DNA of 64,000 nucleotides, taken from contig JAFGFB010000292.1 in the NCBI GenBank assembly GCA_016931315.1, positions 14,699 through 78,698 of the forward strand, given 5' to 3'. Made by a program: the position numbers and the translations under genes. Below the pieces are notes generated by a model that saw only the letters and a program-made list of their open reading frames with translations, made no database searches and was not told the origin of the DNA. Each line of letters starts with the position of its first letter. Within the stretch, counting starts at the first letter, position 1. The stretch is from Anaerolineae bacterium. GTDB lineage: Bacteria > Chloroflexota > Anaerolineae > B4-G1 > SLSP01. This document shows positions 26,100 through 36,400 of the stretch, piece after piece.

Positions 26100-27844
26100 G
26101 CATCTTGCGCCGCATCCTCGCCACCCGACTGCAACTGCGCGCCCGGAACCAGGCGCACGATCAAATCCTCCAAGTCGAGAGCTTGACGCATTTGCTCTGC
26201 CGCCGTGCGCAGCATGGTCTCCAAATCCAGCGTCTCGCGAATACGCCCACTGACCTCACCCACAAGACGCTCGCGCGCGGCGCGGAGCTGCGTATCGCGA
26301 TACAACCGTCCACTCTCAAGCGCCACGCTCAACTGCTCTGCCAAAACCTGCAACAGCGCCAGTTCTGATTCCGTCCATGCCACGCCGGAAGGTTTGCGAC
26401 CATCCAGCACCCCAATCACCTGATCCCGCACTTTGAGAGGCACAGCAACCGCGCCCTGTTCCGCCTCCAAATGTACTGGCGCCCCAGTTTGCGCAGCAGC
26501 TTGCATGCGGGGTTCCCAAACATCAAAAGGATTGGTCCCCTTTGCATCACTTACATAGGATAGTTCCAGATTCTGACGCAAGAACAATTGCCAGGCTTCG
26601 CGCGATCTTTCAGCATAAAGACGGCGCTCAGCCTCCACACTTTCAGCCACCTGGCGCAGCAAATCGGCATTGGTGATCGCCACGGCTACTTGATCGGCGA
26701 TGGCTTGCAAAACGGTCACATCTTCCGCGGCGAAAGCCAGCGATTCCTGACTCTGCACATCCAAAACGCCAATCACTTTGTTACGCGCGCGTAGTGGTAG
26801 CGCAATCTCCGAACGCGTCTTCGGCAAGTCGGGATTGTTGAAAAAAACTGCATCCTGTCCGACATCCTGAGCAAGACGCACCTCGCCGCGAGCTGCCACC
26901 GTGCCCACGATGCCCTCTGCACCCACACGCAACCGGTGACCGCGTACCATCATGCGCTTGCCACCCTCGCTAGAGACGGCTTGTAACACAGCCCAGGTCT
27001 CCGTAGGATCTAGCAAAAACAATCCGGTATGATAAAAACCAAACTGCTCACTAATGACTGTCACAACTCGCGCCAGCAAGGATTGGGTGTCCTGCTGCAC
27101 GGTGGACATTGCCCCGCCGACAGCGCCGCCGGCCGCGGATGCAATCGCTGTGGTGGCGCCGAGATAGCTGGTACGGCGAGACAACTCGGCTGTGCGGGTC
27201 GCTATCGCAACTTCAAGCTCCTGACGACGCGCTTCTAATTCCTGGTTAGCATGACGTGTGCGCTCCAGAGATTCTTGCAGTCCACGCAATGCCTGAAGCA
27301 GAGGACCCCCGACAAGCACCAACCCCATCGTCAACACCACCCACGTAGAGATATTCGTAATCGGGAATACCGCCGGTGTGGATACTCCCTGCCCTCTAAG
27401 TATCGCCAGAAGCAGATAAAAGATGCTGCTTGCCGCCAACATGATTAGCGCAGGTCCACGTCCCAAAAGCAATCCCGCCAACACCACCAGGCTGACAGTG
27501 ACCGCTACAAAAGGATTTCCATCCACACTCACCACACCGGCTCCGGATGCCACGACCCACAATGCCACCAGCAGCAATGAACTGCCCTCGCGTACACGCC
27601 CACGCTGCAAAAGCAGTTTGGCGGCCAACGTCACCAGGAACAAGAAGCCCAATAGGATACCGGCGGCAAGTTTTGCCGTAAAGAAGAGCAATGCCGCAAC
27701 GACGCCAAAAATAACCGTGATGAAACTCCCCAACAGCAATGGGTTCAATAAGCCGGCAATACGGTTTTTCTCTTCATCCCCCGCAAAAATCGGCGCTCTC
27801 AAAAACGCTCTCAGCCGATCTATGAGCTTTCCTTCTTCCTTCAT
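26090..27844 (-). CDS. S9: polytopic-membrane GAF sensor protein with no recognisable output domain
   Basis: ATG 27844 overlaps the S8 stop (ATGA), with CAGGAGG upstream. About 6 TM helices. GAF FGFYHTGLFLLDPTETWAVLQAVSSEGGKRMMVRGHRLRVG...KTRSEIALPLRARNKVIGVLDVQS. Module EAWQLFLRQNLELSYVSD...VAVPLKVRDQVIGVLDGRKPSGVAWTESE. Stub RERLVGEVSGRIRETLDLETMLRTAAEQMRQALDLEDLIVRL. Confidence 0.88.
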   Translation of the reverse strand: MKEEGKLIDRLRAFLRAPIFAGDEEKNRIAGLLNPLLLGSFITVIFGVVAALLFFTAKLAAGILLGFLFLVTLAAKLLLQRGRVREGSSLLLVALWVVASGAGVVSVDGNPFVAVTVSLVVLAGLLLGRGPALIMLAASSIFYLLLAILRGQGVSTPAVFPITNISTWVVLTMGLVLVGGPLLQALRGLQESLERTRHANQELEARRQELEVAIATRTAELSRRTSYLGATTAIASAAGGAVGGAMSTVQQDTQSLLARVVTVISEQFGFYHTGLFLLDPTETWAVLQAVSSEGGKRMMVRGHRLRVGAEGIVGTVAARGEVRLAQDVGQDAVFFNNPDLPKTRSEIALPLRARNKVIGVLDVQSQESLAFAAEDVTVLQAIADQVAVAITNADLLRQVAESVEAERRLYAERSREAWQLFLRQNLELSYVSDAKGTNPFDVWEPRMQAAAQTGAPVHLEAEQGAVAVPLKVRDQVIGVLDGRKPSGVAWTESELALLQVLAEQLSVALESGRLYRDTQLRAARERLVGEVSGRIRETLDLETMLRTAAEQMRQALDLEDLIVRLVPGAQLQSGGEDAAQDAAA

Positions 27845-30279
27845 TCCGTCGCCTCCTGGTCCTCTGGAACACCCAGGCGCACAACCAAACGCTCCAATCC
27901 CAGGCGGGTGCGCAGCTCGTCAGCCGCTATGCGTACCATCCGTTCGATATCCAGTGTCTCGCGAATCCGTGATGTGACCTCGCCAACCAGGCGCTCCTGC
28001 TGCGCACGGTTCTGCGACTCCTGATACAAACGTGCGCTCTCCAAAGCCACACTCATCTGCTCAACCACCGAGGATATCAACGTCAGTTCCTCATCACTCC
28101 AACCCTCAGACTCCGGCGCTTGGGGGCGCTTGGGTTTCTGCAATCGAACCAGACCGATCACTTGCTCGCGAATCCGGAGCGGCAACACCACCGTAGTATG
28201 GTCCTCCTGATAGGATTCGGCTGCAAGCAAGCGGGTCGCAGCCGGACCTTGGGGCAATACCGGCGGCGCAATCAAAGGGCGAACACCCTCACTATCGCAC
28301 CGGTAACCGCGCTCGGCGCGCGCACGGAGCGTTGCCAACCATGCCTGCTGCGTCAGATCGCCATAAGCGCGGTGCTCCGCTTCCAACGCCTGTTGTGCGC
28401 TGGAAAAGAGCCGCGCGTTATCCAAAGCCACCGCCACCTGATCCGCCATGGTCTGCAACACCGCCATAGCGCTCTCATCAAAAGCCGCAGGCTGATCACT
28501 CTGGACGGATAACGCCCCCAACACCCGTCCACGCGAGCGCAAGGGCAGCGCTGCCTCTGAACGCGTATTCGGCAATTCAGAGGACGCCAACCGCACAGCA
28601 TCCTCCCCGACCTCCGAAGCAATACGCGGCTGTGCGTGCGCCACACTCCAGCCAATCATGCCCTCACCGACCCGAATACGGTGCTGTCGAGACAGCATTT
28701 TCCGCCCCGCTTCACCTGTGCCAGCGCGCAAAACTGCCCACTCGCGCTCCTCATCTGCCAGGAACAGCCCTACATAATACAAGCCAAAGCTGTCCCGAAT
28801 CAGCTCCACCACCTGGTCGAGCAACGCCTCCACATCCAAAATCTGCGTTACCGCACGCCCGACCTCTGCCGAACCCGCCAGATAAGCCGAGCGCCGGGTC
28901 AAATCCTGGGTGCGTTCAGCAACCTGCGATTCCAACGAGGCAACCAAAGCCCGCAAGCGCGCCGTCATTTGATTAAAGGCTCGTGCCAGTAAGCCCGCCT
29001 CGTCGCCACGGTCCACAGGCACTTCCAGGTTCAAGTTGCCACCCGCGATCTCCTGAGCGGCCAGCGCCAAACGGTTAATGGGAACGGCAATCGAACGCGA
29101 CAACAGAATGCTGAGGGCGATCATGGGCACCAGAATCAACGCGCTTACAATCCCCAGCGTGCGTAGCATATCCGCACGACCGCTTTGTAAGGCTTCCTGA
29201 TATGCCAGAATTTCGTTCTCGTAAGCGGTCACAACGATGACCCAATCCCAGGGTTCGTAGTAGGTAAGGCGACTAATGCGCGCTTGAGACTCAGTTTCAT
29301 CCGGGTTTTGCCAGCGATAGCGCAGGGTAGCCAGTCCTCTCGGCTCCAAATCCAGCGCCGCATCCACGATTTCGCGCGCCACGTAACGCTCGTCAACATT
29401 CGCCGTATTCCAAACACTGACGCCATCCAGTTGTGCGTCTTCGGAAATCAGGTAAACCCCCTGCTGATCTCCCTGAGCGCCCAGCACAAAGGTGTAGCCC
29501 GACTGCCCCACCTGGGTGTCCAAAATCGCCTGACGCAGAGATTCCACACCTTCACGCTTGATACCCACATAAAGCATCCCAATCACGTCGCCAACCATGT
29601 CGTAGATGGGTTCATAGGCGGTGAGGTACCAATCCGTAACCACGTAGGCGCTGCCCTGAAAAGTCTCGCCGCGCAATACGGTAGCCACCACAGGATTGGG
29701 AGTCCCATCGGGATTAATCGCTGGAATATAGGTTCCAATGGCGCGCCGCCCGTCTGCCGTCAAAACATTGGTAGCCACGCGCAACATATCCCCTTGCTCA
29801 TTCATGCGCTGGAAAATGGTGGCTGTGCCCCCTACCAGCTCCACGATTTCGTCCACTACGGGTGTGACCTCATCCGGGTTGGTATTCTCGCCCAACCACT
29901 GCCCGTCCACCAACATCTGAGGCAAACGCACGGGCACCGCTTGGAGTGTGAGCTGATTTGCGGCAGTCCAGGAAACCGTCCGCTCGGTGGAGAGCTCGGC
30001 CACACCGCTCTGCTCGAGAACATACCGTGCGGTCTTCAAATTATAATTCACCTGCTGCTGCACAGTCTCATCCTGTGCGCGAACCATGTTATAGATGCCT
30101 AGCGCAATATCGCCCAAATCGTTTAGCGCCAATACCTCAGCTTCTTGTGCGGCACGCTGGCTGAACAAATTACTCTGCCAGGAGGAGATGGCCCACAAAA
30201 CCAATGCGGTTATGAGCACCCCGTTCACGGTCAGGAACCCGATTTTGACAAGGATATTCAAGTTACGCCATCTGAACAT
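27841..30279 (-). CDS. S8: double-Cache + HAMP + GAF sensor protein with no recognisable output domain
   Basis: N-terminal TM, then a Cache-type periplasmic region (VGGTATIFQRMNEQGDMLRVATNVLTADGRRAIGTYIP...YLTAYEPIYDMVGDVIGMLYVGI), a TM and HAMP (LARAFNQMTARLRAL). GAF FGLYYVGLFLADEEREWAVLRAGTGEAGRKMLSRQHRIRVGEGMIGW. Module QQAWLATLRARAERGYRCD...VVLPLRIREQVIGLVRL. Stub ERLVGEVTSRIRETLDIERMVRIAADELRTRLGLERLVVRL. Confidence 0.9.
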   Translation of the reverse strand: MFRWRNLNILVKIGFLTVNGVLITALVLWAISSWQSNLFSQRAAQEAEVLALNDLGDIALGIYNMVRAQDETVQQQVNYNLKTARYVLEQSGVAELSTERTVSWTAANQLTLQAVPVRLPQMLVDGQWLGENTNPDEVTPVVDEIVELVGGTATIFQRMNEQGDMLRVATNVLTADGRRAIGTYIPAINPDGTPNPVVATVLRGETFQGSAYVVTDWYLTAYEPIYDMVGDVIGMLYVGIKREGVESLRQAILDTQVGQSGYTFVLGAQGDQQGVYLISEDAQLDGVSVWNTANVDERYVAREIVDAALDLEPRGLATLRYRWQNPDETESQARISRLTYYEPWDWVIVVTAYENEILAYQEALQSGRADMLRTLGIVSALILVPMIALSILLSRSIAVPINRLALAAQEIAGGNLNLEVPVDRGDEAGLLARAFNQMTARLRALVASLESQVAERTQDLTRRSAYLAGSAEVGRAVTQILDVEALLDQVVELIRDSFGLYYVGLFLADEEREWAVLRAGTGEAGRKMLSRQHRIRVGEGMIGWSVAHAQPRIASEVGEDAVRLASSELPNTRSEAALPLRSRGRVLGALSVQSDQPAAFDESAMAVLQTMADQVAVALDNARLFSSAQQALEAEHRAYGDLTQQAWLATLRARAERGYRCDSEGVRPLIAPPVLPQGPAATRLLAAESYQEDHTTVVLPLRIREQVIGLVRLQKPKRPQAPESEGWSDEELTLISSVVEQMSVALESARLYQESQNRAQQERLVGEVTSRIRETLDIERMVRIAADELRTRLGLERLVVRLGVPEDQEATE

Positions 30280-30293
30280 GGATCATCTCCTTC

Positions 30294-30317
30294 GGCAATC
30301 TTGTCGGCAAGATTGCC
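30294..30317 (-). other. intercistronic hairpin directly upstream of the S8 ribosome-binding site
   Basis: ggcaatctt gtcggc aagattgcc has a 9-bp perfect stem and a 6-nt loop. On the minus strand GAAGGAGATGATCC-ATG of S8 follows immediately. There is no U-run. Confidence 0.5.
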
Positions 30318-30335
30318 GCATTGCGCTCTGTGTAA

Positions 30336-32237
30336 CTATTGGCGTCCATCAGAAGCCCCATCAAACAAGTCGGGTCCCATGTAAATTTCAGCCGCATCCA
30401 ACACCAACAACCGGCGCAATTCCTGAACCGCAGTGCGCAACACCCCATCTACATCCAGCGTGCTGCGGATTCGTGAGGTCACATCCGCCAACAACCGTTC
30501 AGTAGCAGCGCGCCGCTGCGTGTCTTCATAGAGTCGCGCGCTCTCGAGCGTCACACCCAAGCGATCCACCAACACATTCACCATCGCCAACTCTTGAGCC
30601 GTCCAGGCGCCGCCTTTGGCGGCGGCGGCGCTGGGTACAGCGCCTGGCCCTTCGCCCTCGCTTTCTGGCTTGCTGAGACGTAGCACACCAATGACTGCAT
30701 CGCGCGATTTAATCGGAACGGCCAAATCGTGGTCGTCCACCTGGACCATCTCACCTGTGTTCACAGCACGCAGCAACTCCGGTTGCCAATCCGCTTCCAG
30801 TGCCATAACTCCGCCATCGCTTGCCCCAGCGAAGCCCTTTCCCCGGGAGAGCTTCTCCCAAGCCGCACGGGTCATCTCGCCAGAAGCGCTACGCAGGGCT
30901 TCCAATGTAGATTGGCTCTCGGCATACAGGCGAGCGTTATCAATCGCCACAGCCAGCTGGTCCGCCATCACCTGCAACACGGCCACAGCCGCTTCATCAA
31001 ACGCATTGACTTCATCATCCTGAACCGTGAGCGCCCCGATAACGCGACCACGAGAGCGCAAGGGGACAGCCGCCTCAGACCGTGTCTCGGGCAATTCCGC
31101 CGTAACCCTGCGGACCTCATCAGAAGCAGCTTGTGCCGCAATACGCGCTTGCACATTCGCAATAGACCAGCCAATCATGCCCTCACCAACACGAATTCGG
31201 TGCCCGCGTGCCGACATGATTCGCCCCGCCTCACCAGTACCCGCGCGCAACACAGCCCATTCACCACTCTCATCCACAAGGAACAGGCCCACATAATACA
31301 GCCGGAACCGGTCACGGATGATTTCCACCGACTGCTCGATCAACCGATCAGCATTCAGAATTGCAGTAGCCGCACGGCTGACATCCGCCGCCGCCAGCAA
31401 GTAGGCTGACCGGCGCTCTAGGTCACGCGTACGTTGCTCCACACGCTCTTCCAGTTCTCCATAAGAAGTTGCCAGATCTCCCGCCATGCGATTAAAGGTC
31501 TGAGCTAACAGACTCAATTCATCCGAACCGGCCACTGGAATGACTGTCTGCAAGTTACCCCGAGCAAAAGCCTCTGCGCCTACACGCAACTCCATCACAG
31601 GCCGCGAAATGCTTCGCTCTACCAGCAACGCCAACAACACCGAGATGACCAGCGCGCCAGCCATAACGCCAATGATCAAAAACAGCCGTCGTTGCGACTG
31701 CTCAGTCAGTGCAGCATTAGCCGCAGCCACCCGCTGCTGGCTCTGAACAACAACGCGCTCAATTTGCACGCCAATATCATTGCCCAGACGCTGCGATTGC
31801 AATTCTAGCGCTGCCACACGCGTCGCATCCCCCGAGGCGCGAATAATCTGAATATCGTCAATCAAGGTTGCGTATTGATTCAGATTCTCGATCAGCTGAC
31901 GTACCCGCTGTTGTTGCGCCGGGTCATCGAGCAGCACTTGCGCCTGCGTCAGATAATCCAAGGCGCGCACCACATCATCGGCAGCTTCATAAGGGCTAGG
32001 CACTGTATCGCGCAAATAACGCAGCAAATTCGCGCGCGAGGCTGCTACACGCACCGCTGCACTTAACAACAAACGCTCAGCCTGCGCATCAACATCCACC
32101 ACTTGTTGCAACTGCGCATTCAAGCTATTGTGGTCGAAGATAAAAACCGGCAGCGATGCCGCAGTCAGCAGGATCAATAACAGAAACCCGCCAAAGATCC
32201 GTTGGCGTACCGACAAGCGGCGCAAAAAATCGGTCAT
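30336..32237 (-). CDS. S7: four-helix-bundle-like periplasmic domain + HAMP + GAF sensor protein with no recognisable output domain
   Basis: TM (FGGFLLLILLTAASLPVFIF), a helical periplasmic region of ~150 aa, a TM, then HAMP (LAQTFNRMAGDLATS). GAF FRLYYVGLFLVDESGEWAVLRAGTGEAGRIMSARGHRIRVGEGMIGW. Module RAAWEKLSRGKGFAG...LAVPIKSRDAVIGVLRLSKPE. Stub TERLLADVTSRIRSTLDVDGVLRTAVQELRRLLVLDAAEIYM. Confidence 0.88.
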   Translation of the reverse strand: MTDFLRRLSVRQRIFGGFLLLILLTAASLPVFIFDHNSLNAQLQQVVDVDAQAERLLLSAAVRVAASRANLLRYLRDTVPSPYEAADDVVRALDYLTQAQVLLDDPAQQQRVRQLIENLNQYATLIDDIQIIRASGDATRVAALELQSQRLGNDIGVQIERVVVQSQQRVAAANAALTEQSQRRLFLIIGVMAGALVISVLLALLVERSISRPVMELRVGAEAFARGNLQTVIPVAGSDELSLLAQTFNRMAGDLATSYGELEERVEQRTRDLERRSAYLLAAADVSRAATAILNADRLIEQSVEIIRDRFRLYYVGLFLVDESGEWAVLRAGTGEAGRIMSARGHRIRVGEGMIGWSIANVQARIAAQAASDEVRRVTAELPETRSEAAVPLRSRGRVIGALTVQDDEVNAFDEAAVAVLQVMADQLAVAIDNARLYAESQSTLEALRSASGEMTRAAWEKLSRGKGFAGASDGGVMALEADWQPELLRAVNTGEMVQVDDHDLAVPIKSRDAVIGVLRLSKPESEGEGPGAVPSAAAAKGGAWTAQELAMVNVLVDRLGVTLESARLYEDTQRRAATERLLADVTSRIRSTLDVDGVLRTAVQELRRLLVLDAAEIYMGPDLFDGASDGRQ

Positions 32238-32250
32238 GGTCGTACCCCCA

Positions 32251-32297
32251 GTTGGGCGGACACCAGGTCCGCCGGGCGGACACCAGGTCTGCCCCTA
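32251..32297. repeat. two tandem REP-like hairpin elements in the S7-upstream spacer
   Basis: gttgggcggacaccaggtccgcc gggcggacaccaggtctgcccctac. This is the only fully intergenic copy of the family in the window. It lies between the SBP stop (32298) and the S7 start (32237). Confidence 0.85.
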
Positions 32298-33314
32298 CTA
32301 GTCAGATGTTGCCGACTCCCAAATCGTGTTGGTATAGACTTCTTCGGGTTGGACAGGGCTTGCCAGCACGCCATAGCGCTGCAGCGTATCCACTACACGC
32401 AAGACATCAGCCCGATCCGTATATCCAATGGGACGAATATCGGAGCTCTTCACCAACAACGCAATCTCACGCATCATTGACAGTTGGTGCTCAAGAGTCT
32501 GCGTCCCGGTGACATCATATTTGAGCACGATATCGGCGGCTTCCTCAGGATTTGCCACCGCATATTCCCAACCCCGCAACGAAGCCCGCAGCATGCGCTC
32601 GCAGAGATCGGGATTCTGTTCCACCAAAGCCTTAGTCGTGAACAGCGTATCGCCGGGGAAATCCAGACCGTAATCCGCATAGTCAATGATGCTCAGCTCG
32701 TTGGCCGCCACACCGCTTTCCAGGACCACATGGTACTCGTTGTAAATCATCGCCGAAGCGACATCGAGATCCCCCGCGAGGAAAGCCTCCATACTAAAGC
32801 CCTGTGAAACCAGCTGATATTGATTATCAGCAATGGATTGTTGGGTCATAAGGGCGCGAAATTGCGCATCCCAACTCCCCAACCACACGCCCACACGCTT
32901 GCCCAGAAAATCGGTAGGGTCGTCAATTCCGGAGCTCTGAAATGCCAGCAACAATAAGCCATTCTGCTGTTGTATCTGCGCAATGCTGATAAGAGGTTGT
33001 CCCTCCTGCACGGCGGATGCCAAATCGGCAAGCATGTAGGTGCCGAAGTCCGCATTACCTCCGGCAACGGCGGTTGCGGGGGAAATGTCGGGACCCCCGG
33101 CGCGGATCGTGACATCCAGCCCCTCTTCGGCATACCAGCCCTTTTCCAAAGCTACATAGTAACCAGCGAACTGCGCTTGTGGGAACCACTGCAGTTGCAG
33201 GATGACCGACTGTGTCTCATCGGGCGTTTCTACAGGCTTGGCTGGAGTACACGCCGCCAACATTCCCACCGTTAACGCCAACAGCAAAACTCCGAAAGAT
33301 ATCTTGTGTCTCAT
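32298..33314 (-). CDS. NMT1/THI5-like (SsuA/TauA-type) periplasmic solute-binding lipoprotein
   Basis: Preferred start is ATG 33314, with GGAGGAG upstream. Lipobox LTVGMLAAC. Family-typical LQLQWFPQAQFAGYYVALEKGWYAEEGLDVTIRAGGP. No ABC permease or ATPase gene anywhere in the window. Confidence 0.85.
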   Translation of the reverse strand: MRHKISFGVLLLALTVGMLAACTPAKPVETPDETQSVILQLQWFPQAQFAGYYVALEKGWYAEEGLDVTIRAGGPDISPATAVAGGNADFGTYMLADLASAVQEGQPLISIAQIQQQNGLLLLAFQSSGIDDPTDFLGKRVGVWLGSWDAQFRALMTQQSIADNQYQLVSQGFSMEAFLAGDLDVASAMIYNEYHVVLESGVAANELSIIDYADYGLDFPGDTLFTTKALVEQNPDLCERMLRASLRGWEYAVANPEEAADIVLKYDVTGTQTLEHQLSMMREIALLVKSSDIRPIGYTDRADVLRVVDTLQRYGVLASPVQPEEVYTNTIWESATSD

Positions 33315-33426
33315 TTCCACTCCTCCACCCACACTATAGGTAATTGTCATTCCAACGTTAACTACTTCACAGAGCTTTCAAACTCGCCACTACCGTCCGG
33401 CAAACCGGCTTCAAGACCACTATTCG

Positions 33427-36400
33427 TTATTCCGACAGTTTTTCTGGCGCCGGCAGTTCATCTGCCGCAAGCGCTCCCATGCGTGATGCGCCCATGCGCA
33501 CCTCGACGCGCCTCAACCCCAATACCTGCTGCAATTCTCGCACTGCCGTCTGCAATACCGCGTCGACATCCATCCGTTCGCGCATTCGAGATGTCGCTTC
33601 ACTGATTAAACGTTCTTGAGCTGCCTGCTGTTGCGTGGCTTGGTATAGCCGCGCGCTCTCTAAGGCTTGCGTCAGCTGTTCGGCAACCTGCTCGAGCAGT
33701 TCCATAGTTTCCGGTGGCACATGCTCGTCCTCAAAGCGCACATTGAGTGCCCCAATCGTTTGCTCGCGTAAACGCAATGGCAAGGCGACGGCGGCGCGTG
33801 AAGCAACTGCCCCTGTGTTTAATGACGAAATTGCCGACGGCAGATTTGCCGCATCCTCTGGAGCAACATAGCGCGTCACAACAGGCTGCTGTTGCTCTAA
33901 TGCGGCTTGTTCCTCTGACGATAGGTCCGGCGCCGATTCGAGGCCCAAACGATACCGGTATCCCAATTGTTTCCCCACGGTTTCCAGATAAGCACGCCAT
34001 GATTCCTGAGTATAGGTCCCCTGAGCCGCTTCCAACGCATGCACCGTCTTTTCCGTCTCACCCAAAAGCCGTACGGTCTCGATAGCATTGCCCAGCTGAT
34101 CCGCCACCGTTTGAAGGACGGCAATATCCTCCTCTGAGAAAGCCATCCGCTCAACCGACTGAATCGTCATGGCGCCAATCGCTCGACCGCGACTGCGAAG
34201 TGGCACTGCCAGCTCCGAGCGGGTCTCCGGAAGCAAGGGGTTATCGAATCGGACCGCTTCTGCACCCACATCCAGCGCAATGCGCGCCGCGTTCTCAGCC
34301 ACACACTGCCCAATCATGGAGGCGCCGCCCACTTCCAGCCTGTGACTGCGCCCGAGCATCACCTCACCCGCCTCACCCGTACCAGCCCGCAACACCGCCC
34401 AACGCCCAGTAGAATCCACCAGGAACAAGCCTACATAATAATAGCCAAAGCGATCGCGCAGTAGATTCACCGATTGATCTTCCAGCACCTCCAGACTAAG
34501 AATCGAGGAGGTAATCTGAGCAATCTCCGTCGCGGTGCGTAACTGCGCCGCACGATGACGCGTCTCTGTTACCAGACGCTGCGTCTCTAAGGCGCGCGCG
34601 GTTTGCTCTAGCACACCCTCAATCAGCGTAATCTGCTCAGCCGTCCATGGTTGCTCGCCCTCACGCTCAAGCCCCAAAACGCCGATGACCTCACCATATA
34701 GCATCAACGGCATGGCCAGGCCAGAGCCTGATGCTAGCGTGTGTTGCGCTGGCTTTGCTGATTCAACTGCCGAAGTCATCGCTGGCAACCAGTAAATTGC
34801 GGCAGTCTTGCCGCCCGTTGAGTCTGCGAATTCAGCGAGAGCACCATCCACATAGGTATAACCAGAGATTCCCGCGGCGTGGCTTTCCCACGCCTCACGG
34901 ACGTAGCGTCGCTGCAAGACCAACAGATCACGCAATGCCGTTTCCGCACTTTGACGAGATTCCTCAAGCGCCGACTGCACCTCAGCTTGCTGTTGCAACA
35001 ATAGCATTCTAAAAATGCTACCGCTGAACTGCTCTCCCAGACGATCATAAATGGCGCCCTCACGCGGCCCAAACTCGAAGAGCATGAATCCTAAACGTGA
35101 ATCACGCATCACCAACGACGACAGGATTGCAGTATAACGCTGCGCTTCCAGAGCCATACCCTCGGGGAACAACTGCCGTGAGGGAAACAAGACTTCTGGT
35201 TCCCACACCCGCGGTCCCTGCTCAGGCTCATAAGAGAAAATCAGACGCGCGCGATCCTGCGTTCCAGTCCCGTCAGCATAGAGCGCCAGATAGCTATTGC
35301 CAATACCGAGGACCGGAAAGGTATTCGCCACAGGCGCTTTCAAATCTTCAAAAGCCAGAGCCGCAGCAAGAGCACGATCGAACTCCTGAATATTGGTTTC
35401 TTGGCGTCTGAGTAACAATTCACGATAACCCTCAAGACGCTGTGATGCGGCGCCCGCCAATACCCGCGCCTGCTGTAATAGAGTCTCAGCATGGAGCAAT
35501 GGTGCGCGTTCAACCAAATTCGGCAAAACAGCACGGCGCAGATCAGAAATGACCTTAGTCCAGGCATCCAACTCAGCGGTGTGCGTAGAAACCGCCGATT
35601 GCAGTCCCGGTTGAATACGCCGCAGTTCTGATTCGAGAGCTGGCAAAAAATGTCTAGATTCTCCTGCGTTGACATCCGCCCAGAAGGCGCCCCACAGCGA
35701 TTCCGGCACGGTTTCAGGCGCAGGGAGCGTTCCCCAGGCAGACGGCGCAGCAGAAGGCGCACTCAAAGGTACCGCGGCTTGCGTCACGCTTTCGAGTTGG
35801 CAACCACAGGAACGCCGTAATACCAACCGGGTTGGAATGTGCACCACAGCTGGAGTTTCTTCGCCGCGGATAAGCGCGAGCAGCGTTTCGGTTGCCATCC
35901 GCGCAGCTTCGGCGAAGGATTGCCGAACAGTGGTCAGCGGTGTTTCCAGATGCTGTGCAGCGTCCACATCATCAAAACCCACCAGGGCAATGTCCTCAGG
36001 CACACGCAAGCCGTGCGCCCGAAGAACATCAAAAGCGCCAAAAGCCATGTCATCATTGGCGGTCACAACAGCATCTATAGGCACATGGCGGGCTAAAAGC
36101 TCTTCCATCGCCGCCTCTCCGGTCACCCGGCGATAGTCACCGGCAGCGATTAACGCTGGATCCAACGGCAAACTCTGTCGCTCCAGAACCTCCGTATAAG
36201 CGCGGAAACGATCCTCAGCCTCAACCTGACCCGCCGGTCCTTGAATGAAAGCAATGTGTCGGCAACCATGCACTGTGACCAGGTGCTCAACAGCTTCACG
36301 CATACCACTAAAGCTATCCGGCAGAACTTGTACCACGCCAGGCACAGGTAACGCGCCGCCCACCAATGGCAACGGTGCAAAACGCGCGCAGAACTCCTGC

